Positions 7,408-15,717 of a DNA stretch of 27,615 nucleotides are shown piece by piece. The stretch lies in NCBI GenBank assembly GCA_043820925.1, contig JBDRDL010000012.1, forward strand, positions 1-27,615, read 5' to 3'. Numbering within the stretch: the first letter of the stretch is position 1; the number at the start of each line of letters is the position of its first letter. Both the position numbers and the translations under genes were made by a program. This stretch comes from Methanobacteriota archaeon. GTDB lineage: Archaea; Hydrothermarchaeota; Hydrothermarchaeia; Hydrothermarchaeales; JACRDW01. The notes under the pieces were generated by a model. That model was not told the DNA's origin and ran no database searches. It saw only the letters and a program-made list of their open reading frames with translations.

Positions 7408-9009
7408 TCAGCTCCTTTTTAACGGATTTAGGCGCAAGTCTGCTGTCCTCTCCTTCTCCCCCTCCATCACGAGGGCATTCCCAACGAGTTCGTGGACGCC
7501 GCAGATTTCAACCGGTAGCTTCCAGTAGGACATGAGCGCTGGTAATGCCGCCCTATCGATGGCGCATATGCAGGACATGATGTTAACCCCGTACTTCTCA
7601 CGTACATACTTCACAGCCATTGCTCTGGGCATTCCGCCTCTCATCCTGACTTCCATCATTTCATCTGCAAGTATCCCTGCCCCACTTCCGCAGCAGAAGG
7701 TCTTCTCTCTTATAGTGTTCTCAGGCATCTCATAGAAGTAGTTGCACGTATTATCTATTATATACCTCGGTTCTTCGAATATGCCCATGGCTCTCGAAGT
7801 GTTGCAGGAGTCGTGAAAGGTTACTTTCCACTGGTCGTTTCTGCTCGGGTCAAGTTTCAGTTTGTTATTTTTTATTAAATCTGCGGTAAATTCGCATATG
7901 TGAACCATCTTTGTGGCTTTCGCATTCTCGAATTTTGTTCCGGTTATTGGTGAAACAGGTTCCTCGAGAAAATCTGCTGGACCATTCCAGGTGTCCATAT
8001 ACTGGTTTACTACTCTCCACATGTGTCCGCATTCTCCGCCCAGAATCCACTTCACACCAAGCCTTTTAGCTTCGGCATATATCTTTGCATTTAGCCTCTT
8101 TGCGGTATCCGGAGTATGGAAGAAACCGAAATTTCCGCCCTCGGTGGCATAGGTGCTCAATGTAATATCAAGGTCAAGGTAATCGAAGAGCATGAGATAC
8201 CCCATAAAGGTGAACCAGTGGGGGGTAGCGAAGTAGTCTCCTGAGGGCGGGATGAACAGAATTTCGGCGCCTTTTTTATTGATTGGCAGCTCAACTTCTA
8301 TACCAGTCACTGCCTTTATATCATCTACCGCCATGTCCATGGTATTTTTAAATCCGTCGGGAGGAAGACCGAGGTGGTTTCCCACTCTATAGCAGTTGGC
8401 AGCAGGTTCCATGACGAAATATGTGCTTATGCCAACCGAATCAAGCAGTTCTCTTGCCCAAAAAGTTACTTCGCAGGTATCTATGCCGTACGGGCAGAAT
8501 ACAGAACATCTCCTGCATTCTGAGCACTGATAGAAATAATAGAACCACTCTTTTACCACATCTAATGTTAATTCTCTTGCTCCAGCCAACTCGCCAAAGA
8601 GCTTTCCAGCCTTTGTGAAGTATCTTCTGTAAACCGACCTGAGCAGCTCTGCTCTCACAACAGGCATATTCTTTGGATCTCCAGAGCCTATGAAGTAATG
8701 GCACTTGTCGGCACATGCTCCGCATCTGACGCATATATCTAAATAAAGCGATGATCTGTATCTATTTTTAAGTTCCTCCATTTTTTTCAATATTATCTCC
8801 TTCCAGTTCTCTGGCAGTCCCCACTCTTCTACTGGATTTGATGGAGTCCATTCCCTTTTATTCGGAAGGTCTAACATTTTCTGATCCTTTAATTTTGCAC
8901 CGTAGCTGTAACTGCCTCTCTTATAATCAACCTTGGGGTCCATCCACTTCTTCTTGGGGGGTTTATAATCAATCTTTATTAGCTCCTCTGATTCTGGAAT
9001 CACTGCCAT
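7408..9009 (-). CDS. dsrK: DsrK, HdrD-like Fe-S/CCG catalytic subunit
   Basis: CVRCGACADKCH, CSECRRCSVFCPYGID, GECGHMWR, FHDSCN, FCCGSG and CICAID. Confidence 0.96.
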   Translation of the reverse strand: MAVIPESEELIKIDYKPPKKKWMDPKVDYKRGSYSYGAKLKDQKMLDLPNKREWTPSNPVEEWGLPENWKEIILKKMEELKNRYRSSLYLDICVRCGACADKCHYFIGSGDPKNMPVVRAELLRSVYRRYFTKAGKLFGELAGARELTLDVVKEWFYYFYQCSECRRCSVFCPYGIDTCEVTFWARELLDSVGISTYFVMEPAANCYRVGNHLGLPPDGFKNTMDMAVDDIKAVTGIEVELPINKKGAEILFIPPSGDYFATPHWFTFMGYLMLFDYLDLDITLSTYATEGGNFGFFHTPDTAKRLNAKIYAEAKRLGVKWILGGECGHMWRVVNQYMDTWNGPADFLEEPVSPITGTKFENAKATKMVHICEFTADLIKNNKLKLDPSRNDQWKVTFHDSCNTSRAMGIFEEPRYIIDNTCNYFYEMPENTIREKTFCCGSGAGILADEMMEVRMRGGMPRAMAVKYVREKYGVNIMSCICAIDRAALPALMSYWKLPVEICGVHELVGNALVMEGEKERTADLRLNPLKRS

Positions 9010-9023
9010 TTTTAATCACTCCT

Positions 9024-9935
9024 CTAGGGTAATCCTGCCCTTTTCAATCTTTCCTTGTTTTCCTCGTACCACTCTTCATAAGTATGGAGCTTAACAGGGT
9101 AATTCCATGGATTGACCCATCTGCGAGCTCTGCTGTTGCTCTTCAAATTTCTTGTCGGGCTGAGGAAAATTCCTGCCATATGCATCAGTTTGCTGAACGG
9201 GAAATAGGCCACTAAAACGCAGACGAGGAAGAAGTGGATGTAGAACAACAAGCTTAGACCCTCTGGGACAACAGGGTGAAAGCTTATCAGACTCCCCATT
9301 AACTCTTTAACCTTCACCACGTCGGTCTTGTAAAAGTACCTCATCAAAACTCCGGCGCTCGTTATTCCAAGCAGCAATATGAGCGCGAAGTAATCTGATA
9401 AAAGAGAAATGTACCTCATATTTGGGAAAACTAGCCTCCTTATAAACAGATATGACAAGGCAATTATTATCACGATGCCGCTCAAGTACAACGTCGGTAC
9501 CATCACCTGAATAATTCCATCGACACTCTCAACTAGAAGCACGATGGATGGTGTTGGTTCCGTGAATAATCTCAGATGTCTAAAAAGCACGAAAAAAAGG
9601 GACCAATGGAACGCCAGCGCACCAAGCCAGAGAAACTTCGTTCCCCTATATATGGGCCTATCTCCAACCAATTCGAGTTTCAAATTTCTAAACAGGGTGC
9701 GGAATAAGCAGACTTCACCGAACATTCTTCCTATGACTCCGAAGTTGGTGTACGGATTTTCAAAGTAGTTCGGTTTAATCCACGGAAGCGACTTCTGCTG
9801 ACCGCATGTTGCGGGTATTTTGTAGGGGGCTGGCCTACTCGCCCACGTCAAAACTCGATGGAAGAACCCTGCAATGAATATCGCTATTGCTGCATAGGGT
9901 ACTATAACTCCAAAAAAGTAAGTTAGCATGCCCAT
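9024..9935 (-). CDS. dsrM: DsrM, NarI-like diheme cytochrome b
   Basis: TCGQQKSLPW; four heme-ligand His (H110/H120 in FHWSLFFVLFRH, H234/H252 in IH...FPFSKLMH); SPTRN and NPWN. Confidence 0.96.
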   Translation of the reverse strand: MGMLTYFFGVIVPYAAIAIFIAGFFHRVLTWASRPAPYKIPATCGQQKSLPWIKPNYFENPYTNFGVIGRMFGEVCLFRTLFRNLKLELVGDRPIYRGTKFLWLGALAFHWSLFFVLFRHLRLFTEPTPSIVLLVESVDGIIQVMVPTLYLSGIVIIIALSYLFIRRLVFPNMRYISLLSDYFALILLLGITSAGVLMRYFYKTDVVKVKELMGSLISFHPVVPEGLSLLFYIHFFLVCVLVAYFPFSKLMHMAGIFLSPTRNLKSNSRARRWVNPWNYPVKLHTYEEWYEENKERLKRAGLP

Positions 9936-9938
9936 ACT

Positions 9939-9990
9939 TCCACCTCTTTTTCCTAATTTAAAGAGGTTATATATAAATCTTTTTATTTTT
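9939..9990 (-). promoter_or_regulatory. putative BRE/TATA and RBS for dsrMKJOP
   Basis: The minus strand reads AAAAAGA-TTTATATATAA (~9977-9967), then GAGGTGG just before the dsrM ATG. Confidence 0.55.
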
Positions 9991-10020
9991 ATCGCTCACC
10001 AAAGTTGAGAGCCGTCACGA

Positions 10021-10581
10021 TTACGTTTTACGAGCTTTTTTGAGCTCTTCATACTTTTTTTCAAGCTCATCATATGCCACATTCACATCATCCAAGACCT
10101 TAATTACTCTGTCCCTATGGGTTCTGACTTCATTTACTCTGAGCTCATATATGTCTTGCTTGCATTTCACGTATATGTCAAATGCCATAGAAGCCAGTTT
10201 GTCTATTGCAGTTTCGAAATTCAAGATTTCTCTTAAAATCTTGTGGTCGCCCATTTCCTTTTTTAATTCTTCTCTTACAGCTTTTTTTAAAAAAAAGACG
10301 AAAGAAATTGCTTCTGACGGAGAAAAGTCTTGAATCGCTCTGACTCTAATGATGTTATCCAGCGACTCCATGAGTTTATCTAAATTCATATTCGGGCTGA
10401 GAAGTTCTTCATATATAACGCCTATTTCCTTTGAAGTTATATGTTCTATTGGATTTGAAAGCACATCTTTTTCTTCTTTCCTCCCTCCAGTAGCACCTAG
10501 GGAATAGGTTCCCATAATCAGCTCGAACCACCTCTCTAAAATCTCGTTTTTTCTCTCCGATAAAAGATTTTTTAGCGGCAC
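10021..10581 (-). CDS. dsrT: DsrT (RsbRD N-terminal domain protein)
   Basis: ILERWF, NPI, LDNIIRVRAIQDFSPSEAISFVFFLK and AFDIYVKCKQDIYELRVNE; directly upstream of dsrM. GTG start ~20-30 nt below a TATATATT box, probably leaderless. Confidence 0.9.
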   Translation of the reverse strand: MPLKNLLSERKNEILERWFELIMGTYSLGATGGRKEEKDVLSNPIEHITSKEIGVIYEELLSPNMNLDKLMESLDNIIRVRAIQDFSPSEAISFVFFLKKAVREELKKEMGDHKILREILNFETAIDKLASMAFDIYVKCKQDIYELRVNEVRTHRDRVIKVLDDVNVAYDELEKKYEELKKARKT

Positions 10582-10707
10582 AATAAAAACTCTAGTTACT
10601 CAAATATATACTCTTCGAATGATCTGGATTTCCCAAATGGCAATCGGAACAGGGTAATAGCCCAGCCAAGTGCACTCATTCAACCACCTTCCTTTTTTTT
10701 ATATTAT

Positions 10708-10766
10708 TTTTTTGAGAAGAATATTATCCAACATAAGATTAATTTTCTTTCCAAAATATTTATATA
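10708..10766 (+). repeat. 59-bp promoter repeat, copy 2, upstream of the second dsrMK
   Basis: Identical to 4401-4459 except G4431/A10738. Confidence 0.92.
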
Positions 10767-10796
10767 TTACATATACTACTCTCTGTTAGGTGATTT

Positions 10797-10898
10797 ATGG
10801 ATTTGAAATATTTGGGCATAACTATTTCTAATAGAGCGTTTCAGTCTATCACGAAGTTTATTTTTCTACAAAATTTCACAGGAGGAAAGAAAAAATGA
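10797..10898 (+). CDS. putative 33-aa leader ORF coupled to the second dsrM
   Basis: AGGTGA RBS (10788-10793), ATG 10797, MDLKYLGITISNRAFQSITKFIFLQNFTGGKKK*; the TGA overlaps ATG 10895. Confidence 0.3.
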   Translation: MDLKYLGITISNRAFQSITKFIFLQNFTGGKKK

Positions 10899-11554
10899 GC
10901 TCGGTATATTTTGTCGAGGTTGTTCTTTTGTACATAGCAATTTTGGTGTTTATCGTTGGCGTAGTGTATAAAATTTGGAAGTGGGCAACGGCTCCAAAAA
11001 ATCTCCCCTGGGGTCTGTTTCCTGCACCTTCTCTTGCAGGGCAGATAAAGGAGATTGTGCTGGAGAATGCAATACAGAAAAGCGTGCTGGAGCATAATAG
11101 AGCGCTGTGGCCGGGGACGTGGTGCCTTCATATGGGAATAAATTTCACAATTTTTGCTATGGTATTATTAATCCTGGGGTTTACATTCGGGCTTCTGTTC
11201 AAAATTAGCTGGATGCTCATGCTGATAGGGGCAGTATATCTACTCACGGCACGCTCTACTCTGAAGCACGTCAGGATTCTCTCAACGTTTGTAAGCTATT
11301 TCAACCTGCTGCTCCTTCTATCTATAGCAGCCTGCTTCGCTTACATTGACCTAAGCAACATCGTCAGCGCTGTACACCTTAAGAAGTTTTTGCTCGGGGT
11401 TTTGACCTTTAAACCTGTGCTGATAAACCAGCCTGCATTTATTGTGAACCTCATCCTCTTAGAGTTCTTCCTCGTGTACATGCCCTTCAGCGCAATGATG
11501 CATGTGATAAGCAAGTTTTTCACCTTCCACACAATAAAGTGGACTCACAGGTAA
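10895..11554 (+). CDS. second DsrM/NarI-like membrane subunit, with only two of the four canonical His
   Basis: About five hydrophobic segments; LY.AI.VFI.G...KIWKW, WCLHMG and YMPFSAMMH; precedes a DsrK/HdrD-like gene. Confidence 0.85.
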   Translation: MSSVYFVEVVLLYIAILVFIVGVVYKIWKWATAPKNLPWGLFPAPSLAGQIKEIVLENAIQKSVLEHNRALWPGTWCLHMGINFTIFAMVLLILGFTFGLLFKISWMLMLIGAVYLLTARSTLKHVRILSTFVSYFNLLLLLSIAACFAYIDLSNIVSAVHLKKFLLGVLTFKPVLINQPAFIVNLILLEFFLVYMPFSAMMHVISKFFTFHTIKWTHR

Positions 11555-11568
11555 AGGAGGAAAAGAAG

Positions 11569-12912
11569 ATGGCAAAAGTGGATGACTACCAGCTTTTCAA
11601 GTTTGACGAGGCGCAGCGCAAAGACAGAGTCGAGAGGTTTATTAAAACCCTGAAGACGACCGCCGATGCCGGCATATTCAAGCTGCCAGTGGAACTTTAC
11701 ATGGACTACTGCGCCAAATGTGGAACCTGTGCAAATCTTTGTCAGATATACCTAACAGATCCAAAAGATGCATATCACCCTGCTAAAAAGGCTGCGATGC
11801 TGAAGAGCGTTTACAAGAGACACTTCACGCTTCCCGGCAAGATTTTCGGAAAGCTCGTAGGCGCCGAAGACCTTACAGAGGACAAGATAGATTACATCGC
11901 AGAAGCCGCATACAGGTGCACAATGTGCAGGAGGTGCGCAACGAACTGTCCGATAGGTATAGACAACATGATGCTGATCAGGACGATGAGAACTGTGCTA
12001 AGCGAGGGCTTGGGCATAGAGCCAAAGATACTGACAGACAGTGTAAAGGCGCACCTAAAAACGGGAAACGCTTCGAGCGTTCCAGATGCGGGGTTTAAAA
12101 ATTTCGTACAATTCTTAGAGGGCGAAGCAAGGGAAAGCTCGGGTGCGGATATTAAAGCACCCATAGATAAGGAAGGTGCGGATTATCTCGTAATACCTCC
12201 CATGGTCGATTTCCTTGAAAATGCAGACACCACGATAGGATACATAAAGACATTCCACGCAGCAGGCGTTGACTGGACCTTCAGCAGCAGAAAATTCCTC
12301 AACGACTCAGTAAACTTCGGCGCATTCTACAACAACGATAAGCTCGTAGCAATTATGAAAGCGTCTGCGGAGGAAGTCGTGAAGCTTGGCGCAAAAACTG
12401 TTGTCATCGCCGAGTGCGGTCATGCCTTGAAAGTCTGGAAACTTCTAATGGAGCCGCTTATAGGGAAGGTGCCTTTTCAGGTTAAAAGCATTCTAGAGGT
12501 TACAGCGGACTTCATAAAGAAAGGCAAGATAACTGTTGACCCAGACAAGAATCCTGAATCAACAACCTACCACGACCCGTGCAATGTTGCGAGGATGAGC
12601 GGAATATTCGATGAACCGAGGGTGATTATGAAGGCAATATGCAAAGATTTCAGGGAGATGGCACCCAACAGAGAGATGAACTACTGCTGCGGAGGAGGCG
12701 GTGCTGTAGTAATAATAGATCAGCTAGAAGATTTCAGAATGAATATTACCGGAAAATACAAAGTAGACCAGATAAAAGAGAGTGGAGCAAAGGTTGTAGC
12801 TGCACCTTGTGCGAACTGCAAGAAACAGATAAGAGAACTTATAGATCACTATAAATTAGACGTCAGATTGGCAGGCGTCCACGACCTCGTGGGAAATGCC
12901 ATCGTATTCTAA
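11569..12912 (+). CDS. second DsrK/HdrD-like Fe-S CCG-domain oxidoreductase
   Basis: CAKCGTCANLC, CTMCRRCATNCPIGID, ECGHA, YHDPCN, YCCGGGG, PCANC and GVHDLVGNAI; AAGGAGG RBS supports ATG 11569. Confidence 0.9.
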   Translation: MAKVDDYQLFKFDEAQRKDRVERFIKTLKTTADAGIFKLPVELYMDYCAKCGTCANLCQIYLTDPKDAYHPAKKAAMLKSVYKRHFTLPGKIFGKLVGAEDLTEDKIDYIAEAAYRCTMCRRCATNCPIGIDNMMLIRTMRTVLSEGLGIEPKILTDSVKAHLKTGNASSVPDAGFKNFVQFLEGEARESSGADIKAPIDKEGADYLVIPPMVDFLENADTTIGYIKTFHAAGVDWTFSSRKFLNDSVNFGAFYNNDKLVAIMKASAEEVVKLGAKTVVIAECGHALKVWKLLMEPLIGKVPFQVKSILEVTADFIKKGKITVDPDKNPESTTYHDPCNVARMSGIFDEPRVIMKAICKDFREMAPNREMNYCCGGGGAVVIIDQLEDFRMNITGKYKVDQIKESGAKVVAAPCANCKKQIRELIDHYKLDVRLAGVHDLVGNAIVF

Positions 12913-12928
12913 CTGCCAGATTCTATTT

Positions 12929-13471
12929 TTACCATTTTTTCAGACTTTCTATTTTCTGAACGCCGCCCTTAACTTCGACAACGCTGCCGTTGCTTGCTTT
13001 TACCCATGTCGGATAGCTCTCGACGAAGCTCGGGCATGCGACGGTTGCACAGTCTATCATTCTTAAATACTTGACAGAAGTTCCGAGAATTTCAATTTGC
13101 TTATGGCATGCAGAACACCAGTTTGTATAGAATAGAATCCACCCCTCCTCGCTCAGCTTCTTCGCCAGCTCGTCGTACTCTCCCACTTTTTCCACAGCAG
13201 CTGTGGAATAACCTGCAACGCCTCCTGCCAGCAGAAATATAACAAGCCATGTTTTGAGTTCTTTCTGCCAGAGCCCAAGAGTAATAAAACCAAGTCCGAC
13301 GGCAAGGCTCAACGAGCCGAAGAAAATGTTGTGCGAGTAAAGTGTCGCCTTGTCTATCAAAAAGCACCCGCAGTCCTTCTCTTGGAGCAGCAGTATCCCG
13401 CTCCGAATTGGAACAAGCCCTGCAATAGCTATAAAGAATCCAAATCTGCTGAGGAATTCCTTGATTTTCAT
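12929..13471 (-). CDS. membrane-anchored thioredoxin-fold protein
   Basis: About three TM segments with a DCGC loop, then FYTNWCSACHKQ...IDC...C...SYPTW, matching the Trx-like domain type seen in VKOR fusions. Confidence 0.75.
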   Translation of the reverse strand: MKIKEFLSRFGFFIAIAGLVPIRSGILLLQEKDCGCFLIDKATLYSHNIFFGSLSLAVGLGFITLGLWQKELKTWLVIFLLAGGVAGYSTAAVEKVGEYDELAKKLSEEGWILFYTNWCSACHKQIEILGTSVKYLRMIDCATVACPSFVESYPTWVKASNGSVVEVKGGVQKIESLKKW

Positions 13472-13480
13472 ATCACGCCG

Positions 13481-13672
13481 CTAGTATTTCACCAGCGAAA
13501 CTTTAAATGTTTTTTGTGCTGCTGGCGTTTTAGGATTTACCTTTTTGAGCAGGGCACGATTTTTGTCTGCATCCGCCGTTAAAAATATTACTTTGCCTCC
13601 GTATTCCTTCTTCAGCTCGTCCACGATTGGCTCCTGATACAAAATACGAAATCTTTTTATACTTAATTGCAC
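13481..13672 (-). pseudogene. thioredoxin fragment lacking CxxC
   Basis: QEPIVDELKKEYGGKVIFLTADADKNRALL matches the post-active-site helix/strand of thioredoxin, but there is no WCxxC and no C-terminal half. Confidence 0.55.
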
Positions 13673-13719
13673 ATTGCACAGCAGTAGGTCATACTAAAAT
13701 TAAAAAGGAGGACGAAGTG

Positions 13720-14982
13720 ATGGGAATTGGAAGGAGGACATATGAATTCTTAATGATGTCTTCAGTGGCTCATGCGAAGTGGGATTATGATGTCTCAATG
13801 TCGATTCTGAAGAACAGAAAGAAGCTCTTAATTCTGTTAGCTCTGCTCATGCCGATACTCACGGTATCTCTACTGGAGGCAGCAGATATATTAGGGGGGA
13901 AAGCCGCATATGCACCGGCACATTATTCGACTACTGTATTCCTAATTTCAATAGCTATAGGGTTGGCTGCAGGTCTTATCACTGGCTGCATAGGTGCTGG
14001 TGGAGGTTTTATTATCACACCTGCTTTGATGGCGGCAGGAGTAAAGGGAATCATGGCTGTTGGTACGGACGTGTTCCACATATTTGCGAAGGCGATAATG
14101 GGTACGACAGTCCACAGGAAACTGGGAAATGTTTCTGTAGCCTTAGCTGTAGTATTCGTTATAGGGTCTATCATCGGGGCTACTGTTGGAGGCTATATAA
14201 ACAGGACGATCTATGGTATAGACCCTGTACTCAGCGATGCATTCATCAGTACAGTCTATGCGCTCATACTCGGCTTCCTGGGCTCATACGCCCTCTATGA
14301 TTTCCTCAAGTTAAGAAAAACTGGTATAGATGTAAGTGCCCATGACGGAGGCGAACCTGTCAAAAAACCAGTTACTACCACAGCTTTCGCATTAAAGTTA
14401 CAGACCTTGAAGATACCTCCTGTTGTTAGGTTTGATCATGACTTTGTTCCAGGAGGAAGGACTCTGCCAGGGATTGTTGTAACGTCGGGCGGATTTGTTG
14501 TTGGGTTTCTCGCAGCGATAATGGGTGTCGGCGGCGGATTCGTAACATTTCCTATGTTTGTTTATCTCTTCGGCATATCTACCATGACGACTGTAGGTAC
14601 AGATATCTTTCAGATAATCTTCACTGCAGGTTATGCCTCTATATCGCAGTATGCTATCTATGGCTATGTCTTCTACACGCTCGCAATGGGTATGCTCCTC
14701 GGCTCTCTGATTGGCATTCAGGTTGGTGCGCTTACAACAAAAGTAGTCAGGGGGATAGATATCAGGGGATTCTATGCTGCTACTATTCTTGCAGGCTTTG
14801 TAAACAGGGCAAGCGTGCTTCCTAGTAAATTGACAGAGCTCGGTTATATCAAGGTATCGAAACCTCTCGCATCTGGCATAGAGCTGGTTGGAAATATATT
14901 ATTCTGGTTAATTATAGCTGCCTTTGGCATCTGGGTCATGAGCAAGTTTTTCGGAAACCTTAAGGCATTAAAGGAGGAATAA
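13720..14982 (+). CDS. TauE/SafE (TSUP) family sulfite/sulfur-compound transporter
   Basis: Two internal repeats, GCIGAGGGFIITP...AVGTD and IMGVGGGFVTFP...TVGTD; AAAGGAGGA RBS supports ATG 13720. Confidence 0.9.
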   Translation: MGIGRRTYEFLMMSSVAHAKWDYDVSMSILKNRKKLLILLALLMPILTVSLLEAADILGGKAAYAPAHYSTTVFLISIAIGLAAGLITGCIGAGGGFIITPALMAAGVKGIMAVGTDVFHIFAKAIMGTTVHRKLGNVSVALAVVFVIGSIIGATVGGYINRTIYGIDPVLSDAFISTVYALILGFLGSYALYDFLKLRKTGIDVSAHDGGEPVKKPVTTTAFALKLQTLKIPPVVRFDHDFVPGGRTLPGIVVTSGGFVVGFLAAIMGVGGGFVTFPMFVYLFGISTMTTVGTDIFQIIFTAGYASISQYAIYGYVFYTLAMGMLLGSLIGIQVGALTTKVVRGIDIRGFYAATILAGFVNRASVLPSKLTELGYIKVSKPLASGIELVGNILFWLIIAAFGIWVMSKFFGNLKALKEE

Positions 14983-14984
14983 AG

Positions 14985-15713
14985 ATGGCAGTAAAACACA
15001 AAGGACACTTTGGTATTGGCGTAATCCTCGGTCTTTCGTTTCTCGTGACGTTAGTTTTGATATTTTCGCCTATCTTTCCAAAAGCTCCTGATGGAAAACC
15101 TCAAAATGGATTAGAGTATGCTGACGAAATGTTCAACAAGCTGTCAAAAGGCTCGTCTTATTTCATACCGAAGTTGACAGAAAGCAATAAAGAGTTTGCT
15201 GGTAAAATGTTTTCCGTCAGCATTAAAATGGACAGCCCTGAGGATGCCAAAAAGGTAGCCAAGCTCTTTACCGCCGCAGGGGCGAAGGTTGACATTAAGG
15301 ATTCAGAACTCAAGATAGAAGGAAACCTCGGCAAGACACTCGAGGCAGTCCTGAAGGATGCCGATGCGATGTACTATAACGAAGGGGCAAAGGTTTCTGG
15401 CATGTACGGGTATGATGAGAAGGAAGTGCTGAAAAACTGGTGGGCGGCTCTGGGTAAGATAGACAAGGAATTTAAGAAAGAAAAGAAAATCAGGGAGTCA
15501 GAGATTGTTTCAGACGTCAGTAAGAAGGCTGTAGAGACAGCATACAACTATTATGGAATAGCGCCTGAGAGCGTTAAGGAAAGGGCCGGTCTTATGTCGG
15601 GTCTGCTCGTATTCTATATCGTCTACACCATGTGGTGGGGGTTTGCAATATTCTACCTGTTTGAGGGACTGGGTCTCAGCATGAAGAAGGCTAAGGTTAG
15701 GAAGGAGGTATAG
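14985..15713 (+). CDS. membrane protein with N- and C-terminal TM helices and a large soluble loop (TauE-associated)
   Basis: Starts 2 nt after the TauE stop; FNKLSKGSSYFIP, VETAYNYYGI and YTMWWGFAIFYLFEGLGL. Confidence 0.8.
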   Translation: MAVKHKGHFGIGVILGLSFLVTLVLIFSPIFPKAPDGKPQNGLEYADEMFNKLSKGSSYFIPKLTESNKEFAGKMFSVSIKMDSPEDAKKVAKLFTAAGAKVDIKDSELKIEGNLGKTLEAVLKDADAMYYNEGAKVSGMYGYDEKEVLKNWWAALGKIDKEFKKEKKIRESEIVSDVSKKAVETAYNYYGIAPESVKERAGLMSGLLVFYIVYTMWWGFAIFYLFEGLGLSMKKAKVRKEV

Positions 15714-15717
15714 AAAT

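Noticed and set aside
7540..7580. DsrK1 CAID instead of CxxC in the last CCG motif
   Set aside because: A Cys-to-Asp change here is, to my knowledge, a known DsrK variant and not a defect.
10596..10679. 27-aa minus-strand ORF (MSALGWAITLFRLPF...) with a purine-rich upstream tract before dsrT
   Set aside because: No recognisable motif, and it overlaps the likely dsrT TATA box; could be chance.
13627..13719. Longer TTG-started TauE N-terminus
   Set aside because: A strong RBS precedes ATG 13720, and the extension overlaps the Trx relic.
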